Of a stretch of 64,000 nucleotides of DNA, positions 9,927 through 20,634 are shown one piece after another (position 1 is the first letter of the stretch; each line of letters begins with the position of its first letter). A program made the translations under genes and the position numbers. A model generated the notes under the pieces. It saw only the letters and a program-made list of their open reading frames with translations, made no database searches and was not told the DNA's origin. Origin of the DNA: an uncultured Candidatus Binatia bacterium (GTDB lineage: Bacteria > Desulfobacterota > Binatia > Bin18); assembly GCA_965214605.1 (NCBI GenBank), contig OZ243961.1, forward strand, positions 3,072,001 to 3,136,000, read 5' to 3'.

Positions 9927-10862
9927 TCAAGGCCGCCGGATTTTGGGATCGTCGACGTCGTGTCCGTGTGGTCGGTATCCCGGCGCATCGGGTTCTGTCA
10001 TTAGCTCGTCCCGTGGCATTAGGTCGGCAACTTTGATGCCACCACCGATCTCGCGAGCTAGGAGCTCGTCCAGCACGCGGTCGTCCTCTGGATCGAGGAA
10101 CGACTTGCTAATGAGCCCACCGATGATCTCGTCGTCAACGAGCATGCCTTGATCGAATCGCCGTGGCTGGCCTTCGCCGATGCCACCGTCATTGGCTTCC
10201 TTCTCGATCCATTCACAAATCATACGTTGGTAGTCGAAGTCGAGCTCTCGGAAATCCTTCCCAATGCTCATCATTGCTCAGACCAACGTATGAGATGATA
10301 TAGGCCTGATTGTCCGGATGATCGGGCTTATTCTTGTGAACGGCACGTATAAGCCGCCCGAGGAACTGTATGTAGGGGGAAAGGCTGCGGAAGGGTCGAA
10401 AAATCGCCGCGAGGCCGAGGGGCGGGCGGTCGAAACCCTCTCCGAGCATCTGGACCTGGAGCACGCAATCCAACCGACCTCGTCTGACGGCATCCATGAT
10501 GCCTTCCTGTTTCTCCCGGTCTATGTTGCTATGGATCTCTTGGGCACCGAGTCCGCGCTCTTCGTAGAGCGAACGAACTGGCCACGTGTGATCCAGAGAG
10601 TAAGCCGCATCTCATGGTGGTAGCCGGTTTGATCCCGCATTTCGGTGAGGTACTTGATGCTTGCACCGACAATATGCCGATTGCACTCGGGCGAGAGCGC
10701 GGCACCGCGACAGAACCATGACTCGTCCCGCAGTTCCTCCCAGGCTGTGACGCTGGATGTCGTCCCTATAGGTGAAGTAGATTTCCGACGGCGCGACGTT
10801 CCGCCAGTGGATTTGCCTGATGTATCCGAACTATCGGCTCTGAGTGGCTTGGTGCAGATCAC
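9927..10862 (-). pseudogene. SF2 (DEAD/DEAH, type III Res-like) helicase C-terminal remnant
   Basis: VQMLGEGFDRPPL..AAIFRPFRSLSPYIQFLGRLIR (helicase motifs V-VI), split over three frames; N-terminal motifs absent. Confidence 0.7.
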
Positions 10863-10937
10863 CCTACCGTACCATGATTGACCGCACGCCGAGCGTCTTT
10901 CGCGACAGGTTCGAGTAAAACAGTGTCCGAGTTATCG

Positions 10938-11689
10938 TCAGGAGGCTCGGACGTTCACGTCCTGTGGCGCGACTCGTGAGCAGGGTTGCGGTGAGAGCGC
11001 CGAACACCCTCCTGACGGTCCACAGCACCTTGCCGACGAGGTGCGCGTCCTCGGCGAGGCAAGTGTAGTCGGCCTAGTCGGGGTTGGTTGACTGGCCGCA
11101 ACGTGGGCCGCGTCGCCAGCGTCGTTCACATGCTCGATGCGTTTGACCACCAGCCCGTTGCTGTCCCAGAGCACGAACATCTCGCCGGTGGCGGGTACGC
11201 GCCAGGCGGTATTGACTAGCAGCCGGTTACCCTCGGCGAGCTCGGGCCCCGTGGATTCGCCCCGCACTCGCAGCACACGGGGGGGCGTCGGGGCTTGCGC
11301 TGCCCGCGTAGCGGATCATCCCTGCGGGGAGGAACCAGCGCGCTCGCTCGGTGACGAACTCCTCGGCGAGCGCGCCCGGTCCGGCGGACGCCTCGACCTC
11401 CATCTCGGGGATACCGACGCCTCGCCCGGCTGGGTGCTGCACCGTTTCGTCAGGGTCCGCTTGCGACGGGGCGGGCGCTCGATATGGTGTAACTCGGCGG
11501 GCTCGCGGGGCCGAGTAGGCCGGTGCTCTTCTCCGCGTCCTGGCGGCTCAGCACCTTGGGCATGTCACGTTCGAGGAACTGGTGCATGGAGCTCGCGTTG
11601 CGGCCGGTGGCGAGCGCCGCCTCGCGCATGTTGCGGCCACGGCGTCGGAGCAGGGCGCGGATTTTTTCTCGTACCAGGTCGCGTTCCAT
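10938..11689 (-). pseudogene. Phage-type HTH + S24 peptidase (CI/LexA-like) repressor, frameshifted
   Basis: N-terminal HTH (MREAALATGRNASSMHQFLER), IPEMEVEASAGPG linker, and LRVRGES..PEL..G..LLVN...GLVVKRIE S24 motifs, in three frames. Confidence 0.8.
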
Positions 11690-11921
11690 CGAGTTGCCTC
11701 GTGTGTGTCAGGGCGCAGTCAGTCGAAAACACGCAAAGCAATCTTGAAGCCGGCAATCTTCTGGCGTCCTTATGCGCGACGTCCGGGGTAGCCGTGAGAC
11801 GGTTTATGAAGTGCCGGATCGGGCTCCTCCTGACCGACAGGGATCGGAACCGCGGCCCCGGTTCGAAAGGCCGCACCAGGGACGCGTCTTGAGGTCTGCC
11901 CGCGTTGCGGAGCACTTCCCT

Positions 11922-12430
11922 TTATCCCGCAACGGCCCAGCGCATATCCACCAAGCCATGTTGATCCATGACCTTTGGATGGGCATCAATAGCCTTTAAA
12001 GTCTGCCTAAGCTTCAACGATAACTGTGCTGGGTCTACCGCCTTCGGGCGTAGCCTTGAAGCTTTGGCTGGCTGCTCCAAGTGCACTACTACCTTCCAGG
12101 TCCTAGACCGTAACGCTCTCTTTGCTATTGCTCTCTCGTGCTTATCATTGACGTTCGCACTCGCGGCAACTAATCCCGCCAAGGTATCTCTGACCTTTGC
12201 CGCCACCTCCTCGCTCAGCTCAAGCAGCTTGGTTCTCGGGTGTGTCCGATAGTCTTTTACTTCAATCATCCAACCGATACGCTTATCAAGACATAGAAAA
12301 TCTACCGCACGCGCTCCTCCGCGGGTCCTTTGAAACTGATTTTGATAGAAGGACCACTCGTCATGCCTAATTGCCTCACAACCTGCTTCGAACGTGCTGA
12401 GGTTAATGTTTGCTCCACCAGAACGGTCAT
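11922..12430 (-). pseudogene. Small PD-(D/E)XK-like nuclease, partner of the adjacent ATPase; probable N-terminal frameshift
   Basis: AVDFLC..GWMIEVKDYR (D..ExK) motif. The ATG at 12430 that overlaps the ATPase stop is out of frame with the body of the ORF. Confidence 0.55.
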
Positions 12431-13485
12431 GACTCCGTATCCTCAGCAACAAAACGATCCGACTGCAGCAGTTCCTCGTCCAGCATCGCCAATGGGTCTA
12501 CTTCGTCGACGCGATCGCCTTGATGGACCAAAACACCATCGGCCCCTTTCCCCAGAGCAAAATACCTTTGAGGGAGGTGCTTGAATTGGTTGCGAGACAA
12601 GAGAATCTCGAACTCTCGCAATAGAAATAGACTGTGTGTAGCTAGGAAAACTTGAATACCTTGGTCGCACCCGTGAAGAATCGCTTCGGCTACTTTGCGT
12701 ATCAGTTTTGGATTGAGGCTACTCTCCGGCTCATCCCAGAAAAGGTATCCCTATCCCAGCAGCGACCCGGTAGCAATGAGACGCGCCAACATTGCGAGCT
12801 TACGCAGCCCTTCTGCCACCAGGGGCATCCCCATGTTCCCCGTGCCAGACAACTTCAGGTAGAACCGCCCGTTCTGGTCAAGGACAATCTTGCCCCCCAT
12901 GGTCTCTTCCAGCGGCTGCAAGAGACGGGCGGCTGTTTTTTCGCGTGCCCCCTTTAACGCGGGCAAACCGAGCAGCCGGCAAGTGTCACGCCAGGTCTCC
13001 TCGAATTCCAAGTAGTGGTTATCGTAGACAGAAACAAATCCAGGAAAGATCGTCAGTAATTCCTGGGTAGGCAAGAAAACCGGGGCTTTGTCGATCCACT
13101 CCGAAGGACACACTTCAATAGCAACTTCAGACTTGCTTTGTGCAGCGAAGCTAAAACTTACTGTTCGCGCAGACCTGCCAGATTCCAGTCGTACCTCGCT
13201 GCGATTGCGACCGGGTTTTCGCCGAATCAGACGGCCTAATGACTCGGGTCGAAACACGTTAACCAGTTTCTGGGCGACACGTGGTTGGAGGAGTCCCTTT
13301 GTCGGCTCGCCTGCATTCGGTTTTCTTCCCTCCTCAGCGCTGACTGATACCACTGCATAGGGGAGCTTGAGCAAATGTGTCTTCCCGAGACCGTTCTCAC
13401 CTACGAAAACATTCAGTCCTTTTGCAAACTGCAGTCGGGCCTTACCAAACGCCGTGAAGTTTTCTAGTTCTAATGATTTCAGCAA
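12427..13485 (-). pseudogene. ABC/AAA_15-AAA_21 family ATPase with one in-frame amber stop
   Basis: Walker [10 protein letters not shown] and signature LVAEGLRK, then TAG at 12751-12753, followed in frame by GYLFWDEPESSLNP (Walker B) and ATHS. Confidence 0.85.
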
Positions 13486-13506
13486 TTCCTGCCTCCTCTA
13501 CAAGTC

Positions 13507-13615
13507 GAGCCCTAGTGTGGTTTGCGCTCCGACATGCTTCACGTATGCTATTTTTTGGTCACGGTTAACATATGTAGGAGAGCCCCAGTGTGGTTTGCGC
13601 TCCAACATGCCTCAC
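13507..13615. repeat. Two 36-bp direct repeats (33/36 identical) separated by a 37-bp AT-rich spacer
   Basis: GAGCCCTAGTGTGGTTTGCGCTCCGACATGCTTCAC (13507-13542) and GAGCCCCAGTGTGGTTTGCGCTCCAACATGCCTCAC (13580-13615). Confidence 0.85.
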
Positions 13616-14497
13616 CCTGTGGCTCCTCGCTTCAATGGCCTACCACTGATCCCTACTAGCGAAATTGAACGACTAGACACGGATTACTTCCATGTCGATG
13701 TGGAAGGCGCAGACGTACGTCAGGACTGGTAGCCCTCGATTTGGGGGCCTTCTCCAGAATTTACTACCCGGACCCCTCCCAACGCTCTTCGCGGCGACGA
13801 CAACCTTCAAGGTGCTAGTCATCGCCGAAAAGCCAGAAATACGCCTCGCCTCTCTCCATTCAGAGTTTGTAGGAGAATATGGCGGCCAGCACCGCGGCTG
13901 TTGTCAGGCTGCAGGGCTGGCCGGATTGCGACAGTATTCCTTTCCTCACTACTGAAGACTTCGTCATATATCCGCGGGAATTCATAGACAGCTCAGCGTT
14001 GGCACGCTGCGGCTGAGGCGACCGTACGCTGACCCGTTCCAGCGATGGGGAAGGGGGCGCAGGTGATATCATCCGATGCGCTTGCGGCTGGAGCAAGACG
14101 CCCCCACTGCCCTTCCCATCGCCGGCCGTCAACTAAGCGCGTGCGTTGCCGTACGGAGGAACACGTTCCGGTAAGCAGCGGGCGGTAGTAGAGGTCCCTT
14201 GGCGGAGCAACTTGGTCACCGAGTTGCGTGCAACGTCGAAGTCCTTCTTGAACGCCTCGTGCTTGGCTATCGCGAAGGACTTCTTCCTATGTTTCCTTGA
14301 GCGTTCGTGAACGCTCCCCGAGCGCGCCTCGTACCGTCCTTAAGACAACAGGCGCTAGTTCCCGATAGCGCTGGGCAGCTTCAAAGCTTAGGAAGTCGGG
14401 GAGGCGACATGTGACACTGGATCGTGAGCTTAACAAAGCGACCGCAACGCTGATCGGGTTGTAATTTTCACCGTCTCCTGGAGCTCCTTTTCCGACC

Positions 14498-15235
14498 TTA
14501 CGGCCTCGTCGACGGTCCACCTAGCAAGTTCGATAGATTGTCCTCCAATATTTGCTCGATTGAGGCGGTATCAGATCCCCAAACTCCCGCCAACGCGTCC
14601 ACTGCTATGACTACCTCCCAGGGGAAGACCGCTCTTCCCCCGATTTGGACGAATGGTCCGTCCGATTCGGTTAAGACCCGCGCCCGTGGCATCCGTCTCG
14701 CCAATTCCATCCCGCACTTGCTTCTTAACATCACCGACCCCAAGCTAAACCAACATCCGAGAGCAATAGCCCGATCCAGTTCACATATGATTCCAGAGAA
14801 CCAGTGAAGAATCGGGGTGCCCGAGTCTGGGTACCGTTCCAATAGATCGAGTACAGGCGTGTTTGAGTGTCGACTATGAATCGACATGATCCTGCCGCCA
14901 GCGCGCTCGCACGCAGCGAGCACCTTTCGAAGAACATCGACTTGATCTTGTCGGTGGGGCTTAAACTCTGGCGCTCCATCTAAACCGCTCTCGTCTACGT
15001 AGTTGCAGCCTGGCACCAAGCGATCGAATAACGACAATTCAGACTTTCGCTCATGCGCGAGCTGAGGGTGAAGACCAAGTGCGGTCATTATCGCTCCGCC
15101 ACCTAGAGCCGCGGTTCCTGCCCACGCGCTCGGCGTCGTAGTGACTGACAGTACGTTGAGCTTGCGCTTACGACATTCCCGCGCAATCTCATGTGAAGCT
15201 GGGAACAGGTCGACGTGGCAGTGAAAATCAATCAT
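14498..15235 (-). CDS. qatD: Qat anti-phage system TatD-family nuclease QatD
   Basis: MIDFHCHVDL, ALGLHPQLAHER, E.GLDG, SIHSR, ILHWFSG and LTESDGPF are TatD motifs; last gene of a qatABCD arrangement. Confidence 0.85.
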   Translation of the reverse strand: MIDFHCHVDLFPASHEIARECRKRKLNVLSVTTTPSAWAGTAALGGGAIMTALGLHPQLAHERKSELSLFDRLVPGCNYVDESGLDGAPEFKPHRQDQVDVLRKVLAACERAGGRIMSIHSRHSNTPVLDLLERYPDSGTPILHWFSGIICELDRAIALGCWFSLGSVMLRSKCGMELARRMPRARVLTESDGPFVQIGGRAVFPWEVVIAVDALAGVWGSDTASIEQILEDNLSNLLGGPSTRP

Positions 15236-15390
15236 TTCACGCCCGCCTCCGAGAGAAAGTCGCCCACCTCCTTGATGCCGCGTGTCAGAACATTCCTATA
15301 AGACGCCAGGTCGCCCATGCGCAGAGCGTTGAGATTGGTACTCGGCAGAGCATCAATGCCGTCCGTCTCTACGACTGCCTCCGCCATCAC
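15232..15390 (-). pseudogene. qatC: C-terminal remnant of QatC (QueC-like); most of the gene deleted
   Basis: ...GDLASYRNVLTRGIKEVGDFLSEAGVK* ends in an ATGA overlap with qatD, where qatC is expected. No QueC SGGxDS motif remains. Confidence 0.5.
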
Positions 15391-15454
15391 CCGATTTTGG
15401 ATGCAAAGTATGACTGTAAGTGCTTGTCTCTGGCCGAGACTTGGCTGACCACAT

Positions 15455-16134
15455 AAAAGAGTGCTTGCGACATTGGGCGCTTTCTCCTGGATCGTCTTTC
15501 CAAGCTCAAACCGGTTGAAGACATCCCATGCTATATAGCGCTCGACAGCGAGTATCCGTTGCTCCTCTGACAGGTTGAGCAGGTCGGCATCTGGGAACTG
15601 TGTGAGCAGCCCGGAGAGTGCTTTGGCGATAGCGGTGCGACTAGCCTCACCGTCCTAGGTACTGTCCACGGGCCGCGCCTCGACAACAGCGCCCATGATC
15701 TCGTCGGTGCTGCGTCCTACGAGAACGGTCGGATCCGGCTCATTGCCCGAACCTGACGCTTGCCCAGCAGCTGCCGACGACAGCGCACCAAACAGCGTGC
15801 CGGCGGTGCGGGGTACCGCCAAGGCGTTGCAAGGCCGTGCCACCGCCCAGGCTCTTGCGGACATAATGTGCCACGCCTTTTCGCATGTCACCGGCCGAAC
15901 CGGTGCGGGCAAAGCTGCCAAGCCTCCTGCGCGCACCGCCAAATCGCGCGGGCGGCGCTATTATGGGCACAGACCGTGCCGGGGGTGGCGTTGCCTGATC
16001 GGGTGCATCGCCGTCTGGCGGAGCTGCGTCATCATCGCTGGGGCCGTCACCAGCGGGGGTACGGGGTCCGGCACCCACGACGGTACCATGGGCGTACTGG
16101 AGGGTGAACCAGAACTCGATGATGACGTGTCCAT
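15455..16134 (-). pseudogene. qatB: QatB pseudogene
   Basis: Starts MDTSSSSSGSPSSTPMVPSWVP with a TGATG overlap to qatA. Contains RFGGARRRLGSFARTG, RKGVAHYVRKSLGG and RPVD.T..GEASRTAIAKALS; frameshifts and stops. Confidence 0.75.
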
Positions 16135-17984
16135 CATCCCTTATTCACCGCTGCGATCGCCTTTCTAACAGGAGCGCTCACGTCAGCGTCCTGCCAGCGT
16201 GCAAACACCTCAGCAGCCCATGGTTGGTCGCTAAGCTTGGGCACTATACCGGGCTTGATCTGGCCGGGCGGGCGGTCGCTTAAGAAGCCTACGACGCGCG
16301 TCCCGAGCGACGGATCGGCCTTCGCCACGGCGATACAGGCGTCAAGAATCGGCGGCGTACCCCATTCCTGCTCGCGCCGTGCTTGTTCGACTAGACGATC
16401 CATAAGCACGGTTGTTTCTAGCCGTGGCAATGTCGCAAGACGATCATGCAGACTCGCGGCCATATCAGGACTCGTAAGGAGGGCGGTGAGCAGTTCCGCC
16501 CCTTCTGATGACAACCGGTCTTCGGGTGTGATCAAAGGCGCATACTTGCGGTTGACATAAAGGACGCCGCGCAGGTCCGTATCGGCAAGCCGCGGCGCGA
16601 TCGTAAGCCATTCGCGCATGAAAGGATCGTCCCAGAGTTGACCCAACTCAAGCTTGTTGCCAGCAGCAGCTTTCTGCTCCCATTCACCCGAGAAGATCGG
16701 CTTGCCGTCAGGAGCATCATTTACCTTCGCCGTTAAGGCGCATAAGCCTTCGGGTTTCCACAGCGCTCAAACTAGCAACATCTTGGCCACGACCGCTTCA
16801 TCGACGCTGACATCATGAGCGCGCGAGATCGCCATCCTGGTTGAAAGGGCATTAAGGAAGCGTTTGACGAGGCGCGGATTGCCAGCGATCTGGCTGCACT
16901 GACCATGAGTGGCGCTAGGCGGTCGGCCGTGTCAAAGCGCGCCGCGAGCTCGGGCGACGCACCCTCGCAAACGATCTGCATGAAGGCCCGGTCCACTCGT
17001 TCACTGCGCCAGCTCTTGGCAAGCTGGGCACAGACATTCTCACGTATGCTCTCCCTTTGGGCGTCGTCAATCTTGGCCGCTTCGATAAAGAGCAGCATCA
17101 TGTAGGCGCGTACTTCCTGGGTGCGGCGGGACACGGATCGGTATCTGTATGAGTTTGTCGAAAGAATTGAGGACAAGATCATCCTCAACATTTCCGAAAT
17201 GTTGCCGGACGGCGTGCTTGATCATCGCGTCGTCGGCGGCGATAACAAAGGCTGTACGGTCCAGGAATACAAACAGCCGTATCGATTCCAACGTTGAAAT
17301 GGTGGTGGGAGGCAGACAGCGATCCAGGTCGTCGATGAGGACGACTAGTGTCACGCTCATCTTTTTGAGCGCTTGCTCAAAACATGCGCGGATGGCGTGA
17401 ATCTCGCACGGCGGCGAGAGCTCCGGTTTGGCCTTGATCAGATCGCCGGCTGTCGTGGACGTATCAGCAGCCAGCTCCTCGGTGCCTTCGGCATCGCCTT
17501 CAGTCAGTTCACCGGAGACCACCTTCTTGCCAAAGGCGACGGCTTCACCGATCAGGCCAGTCGGCGGCAATCCCAAAGCAAGCGCAAGAGCGGACCCAGC
17601 CCCCAGCTTGGCGGTACGAAGCTAGTTCACACGCTGTAGGAGTTCTTTGGCCTTGTTAGTGTCAGTCTTTCGCTTTTCAGCCTCTTCGTTGAGCTTCGTC
17701 GCGATAACTTCGAATAGCGCAGCGCGAGCGTCATCGCAGCCCTGATACAGCCAGGCATTGAACTCTACATACTACATAAATGAACTGCTCGGGATCCTTC
17801 TGGGTCCTTCTCGAAAAGCGCTGCACGCACAAGCTCGGATCATCGAAGACTTGCCGGCACCCCAGGAGCCTGATATCCCGATCGAGGTTGGCTGGCCAGC
17901 CGCCTGCGTCATGATCTCAGCGACCGTGTCGGCAACACCCGAGAAATTCAGGAAGTCCCTTTCTGTTTCGTTGTCAGGCCACAT
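16134..17984 (-). pseudogene. qatA: QatA KAP-family P-loop NTPase, fragmented
   Basis: MWPDNETERDFLNF..SIGISGSWGAGKSS (Walker A), VVLIDDLDRCLP (Walker B), DKLIQIPIRVPP; split across at least four ORFs. Confidence 0.85.
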
Positions 17985-18005
17985 TTGTTATGACTCGTAG
18001 CATAA

Positions 18006-18555
18006 TCACTTGAGCAACGCCTTCAGCAGTGCATCCGGGGTATCCGAAGTAGAACTGAATGTTGCTCCGCGTAGCCATGTCGTCGGAGGGCTCAAACAGC
18101 TGCTTCCGAGTGGAAACGAGCATCAATACAGTGTCTGCTCCTTATTTCGACAGCCACTTCGCGATGCCGACGGCATTGACGGGGGGCTCGACAGAGCCAC
18201 CAAGCTTCAACGCATCGACGACGATCGGGCCGCCTTTAGTCATCTTCTCAAGCAACCCTCCGCACGGAGCCATCAGTGCTGGCAAGTCAAGAGCTGTGCC
18301 GCTTTGATTGTTGTCCAGCGTCCTGAGCTGCACCGAAAACTCATGGGCGTGTGGAGCGCGGTCGCCGACAAGCTCCTTGATCCGCGTGTAGAGATTCTGC
18401 TCGGCATACCGGACGTTTTCCCGGAACGTCGGCAGCACAGGGGCATTCAGAATCTTCACACCGCTGCCCCTGCCGATGGTCACCTCGAGACGGTAGAGAC
18501 TCGGGCCGGTTTCGGACCTGCCTGGGCTGATGCCCCATACCTGGCCAGGTGGTGC
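18006..18555 (-). pseudogene. brxL: C-terminal remnant of BREX Lon-like protein BrxL
   Basis: PPGQVWGISPG..LYRLEVTIGRGSGVKILN..FRENVRYAEQNLY..HEFSVQLR..LGGSVEP.., ending DALLKALLK*; frameshifted. Confidence 0.75.
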
Positions 18556-19020
18556 CCCCCTTCCTCGCCGACGACCATGCTGTACTGGTTTTTTAGGTGC
18601 TCATTGGCAACGACATCCCCGAAAAATACGTCCTCGTTCACGAAGAACTTGTCATACACCGCGGATTCGCGGCCTGAGGCCGGTCCAGGTTCCGGCCTTG
18701 AACACGGCCCTCTGATCGCCGAAACGCACTACCGCCTTTTGTTTGGGACCGCCCGCAAGGGTCCTGCGGCCGATCAGAATATTGAGATTGTTCGTGGTCA
18801 GCGACCGCAGCAGGTCAGCAAGCGTCGATTTACCCCGGCCGTTTTCTCCAAATACCAGCGTACACCGACCGAATGTCGCGGCAGCAACCGACTGGCCCTT
18901 TTCAAAGCATCCGATGTTTTGGACGTATTTGACCTCCCGCAGCTCGTGCACCGCTGCTGACACAGCCTCAGCACCCGGCGTCGCTTCCGCCCCGGCGCCT
19001 ATTACCACTACGTCACTCAT
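18556..19020 (-). pseudogene. N-terminal remnant of AAA_13/RloC-like ABC ATPase
   Basis: VQNIGCFE..TLVFGENGRGKSTLADLLRSL, then frameshifted YDKFFVNEDVFSG..NQYSMVVGEEG, which runs directly into the BrxL remnant. Confidence 0.65.
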
Positions 19021-19041
19021 CGCTCTTCACCTTCAGTTCGC

Positions 19042-19557
19042 CTATTTCCCGCTCAGCTTCTTTCGCAGCCACCCGATCCGTTTCTGCAATTCAACCAAAG
19101 GCAACCAAACTAGCGGGTCGGCCTCCCATTCCTCCAGAATTTCCAGCAAACGCGCTGGCGTTACCAATCCGTGGTGTTCCATCTCGTCCACCAGCCACAG
19201 GTGGCCGTGCACCTCGACATTTTCCTCCGCCGCGGCCCGCCGCAACGCGTGATCGCTGGTGAGGAGCGTGTTGTCTCCCGTCTTCGCAAGCGCCAACGCA
19301 AAACAATCGTTGTTGCTCAGCCTCAGATAGCGCTTCGCGTACTCGAACGTGACGACTAGTCCGGCGCTATCCATCCCACCCACTTGCAGGCCGGCCTTCC
19401 GCAGGTGTTTGTGTGTATAGGTCCCCAGATCCAGTAACTCATCAGCGAACATTACATCCGGCACCACAAATTCATACGGCAGCGCGAAAGCATTCTCTAT
19501 GAGCCGCGCCTTCACAAGGTCGATAAGAACGGAGCTGTCACTAACGATTACCAACAC
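19042..19557 (-). CDS. PIN-domain ribonuclease (putative toxin; RosmerTA RmrT-like)
   Basis: IVSDSSVLIDL, DEL, LSNNDCFALALA, LLTSDHALRRAA and VHGHLWLVD give the acidic PIN residues; overlaps the upstream gene. Confidence 0.85.
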   Translation of the reverse strand: MLVIVSDSSVLIDLVKARLIENAFALPYEFVVPDVMFADELLDLGTYTHKHLRKAGLQVGGMDSAGLVVTFEYAKRYLRLSNNDCFALALAKTGDNTLLTSDHALRRAAAEENVEVHGHLWLVDEMEHHGLVTPARLLEILEEWEADPLVWLPLVELQKRIGWLRKKLSGK

Positions 19558-20620
19558 TCGCCGCCGGTCCCCTCACCTCATGCTGGATTTCCCCTCTAGC
19601 CTTTCCTAGAAGCTCGGTGGCCTTCGCCAGAGATATCCGGGTCTCGCTCAGCGCTCGGAAACACAGCCTCTCGAAACGCCTTGCTCTCTCGGCCGTGCTG
19701 TCCTTGATCGGCAGCGGCTCTTCCTTGCGCCATCCGCGCCCGGTCGTTCGGAACACGTGGATCAGCGTCGAATGACTGATTATCCCGGTCTGTTCCAGCC
19801 GCACGAGGAGGGCGGCCGCGCTCACGCGGTACAGGTGCTTCAACTCCATCAACTCTCGGTAACCGAACGAGTGCCGCCGCCGCCCGACTTCTTCCTGAAG
19901 GGGGACGGCCGGCATCAAGAATGCGCCTGCAACGCGCATCGCCGCTTTTTCCTCGTCGACCGGAGACTCCAGATCTATGACCCGGTGCGCCAGCTCGTGC
20001 GTCAGCGTCATGCGTCGCCGCTCAATGTTGTGGCCGGCATTCACGACTATCACCGGGACCGGCGGTCTGTTCCCTGACCGTCCGACTAGGCAGGTCAAGC
20101 CGGAAACGTTCTCCGGCAGATCAATCACAATGACCTTGACGCCGTGCTCCTCCAGCAGCTCGGTCATGTCCGGTATCGGACCAACGCCAAGATTCCACTT
20201 CGCGCGCATCCGTATTGCTAAGTCCTCGCCCTCCTCAGCGCTTGCTAGCTTCACAGGTTTGAATGGCGCGTCCCACTCTGCGCTGTCCAGATCCAAAATC
20301 TCCTCGACGGTCAGATACCGCTCGACGTGATCAAGAACGGCTGCCTCGACCCGTACGCGGTCGCGGGCCGAAGTCGCGGCTTTCTTGCGAAAGTCCACCT
20401 CCATCAGCTCGGCTCCCATCGAACTCATGAAATAGCGAACCGGCTCTCCTAGCGTCTTCGACAGAGCGATTAGCACCCCAGAACTCGGCATCATCTCCCC
20501 GCGCTCGTATTTACCGAGTGCCTGGGCCGATACCCGCTCATTGCCTTCCAACCGAGCTGAGAGGGCCCGCAGGGACAGCCCCGCTTTCTTCCTCGCCAGT
20601 TTAAGTCTTTCTCCGAGCAC
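19541..20620 (-). CDS. XRE-family HTH + ImmA/IrrE Zn-metallopeptidase (putative antitoxin; RosmerTA RmrA-like)
   Basis: GERLKLARKKAGLSLRALS..SAQALGKYERGEMMP HTH; RRMTLTHELAH (HEXXH) and E..AMRVAGAFLMP. Confidence 0.9.
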   Translation of the reverse strand: MLGERLKLARKKAGLSLRALSARLEGNERVSAQALGKYERGEMMPSSGVLIALSKTLGEPVRYFMSSMGAELMEVDFRKKAATSARDRVRVEAAVLDHVERYLTVEEILDLDSAEWDAPFKPVKLASAEEGEDLAIRMRAKWNLGVGPIPDMTELLEEHGVKVIVIDLPENVSGLTCLVGRSGNRPPVPVIVVNAGHNIERRRMTLTHELAHRVIDLESPVDEEKAAMRVAGAFLMPAVPLQEEVGRRRHSFGYRELMELKHLYRVSAAALLVRLEQTGIISHSTLIHVFRTTGRGWRKEEPLPIKDSTAERARRFERLCFRALSETRISLAKATELLGKARGEIQHEVRGPAASVGNR

Positions 20621-20634
20621 GCTTGACCTCTAAA

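Noticed and set aside
12751-12753. Programmed amber read-through (pyrrolysine or recoding) in the ATPase
   Set aside because: TAG is used as a normal stop by core genes here (e.g. nuoA, nuoD, nuoE) and surrounding genes are pseudogenes; a simple nonsense mutation is more parsimonious.
13507-13665. Calling a bona fide CRISPR array
   Set aside because: Only two imperfect repeats plus one unrelated repeat-like 37-mer, no cas genes and no clear leader; kept as a repeat and a finding only.
18010-18960. 316-aa plus-strand ORF
   Set aside because: Antisense to the BrxL and RloC-like remnants; no recognisable domain.
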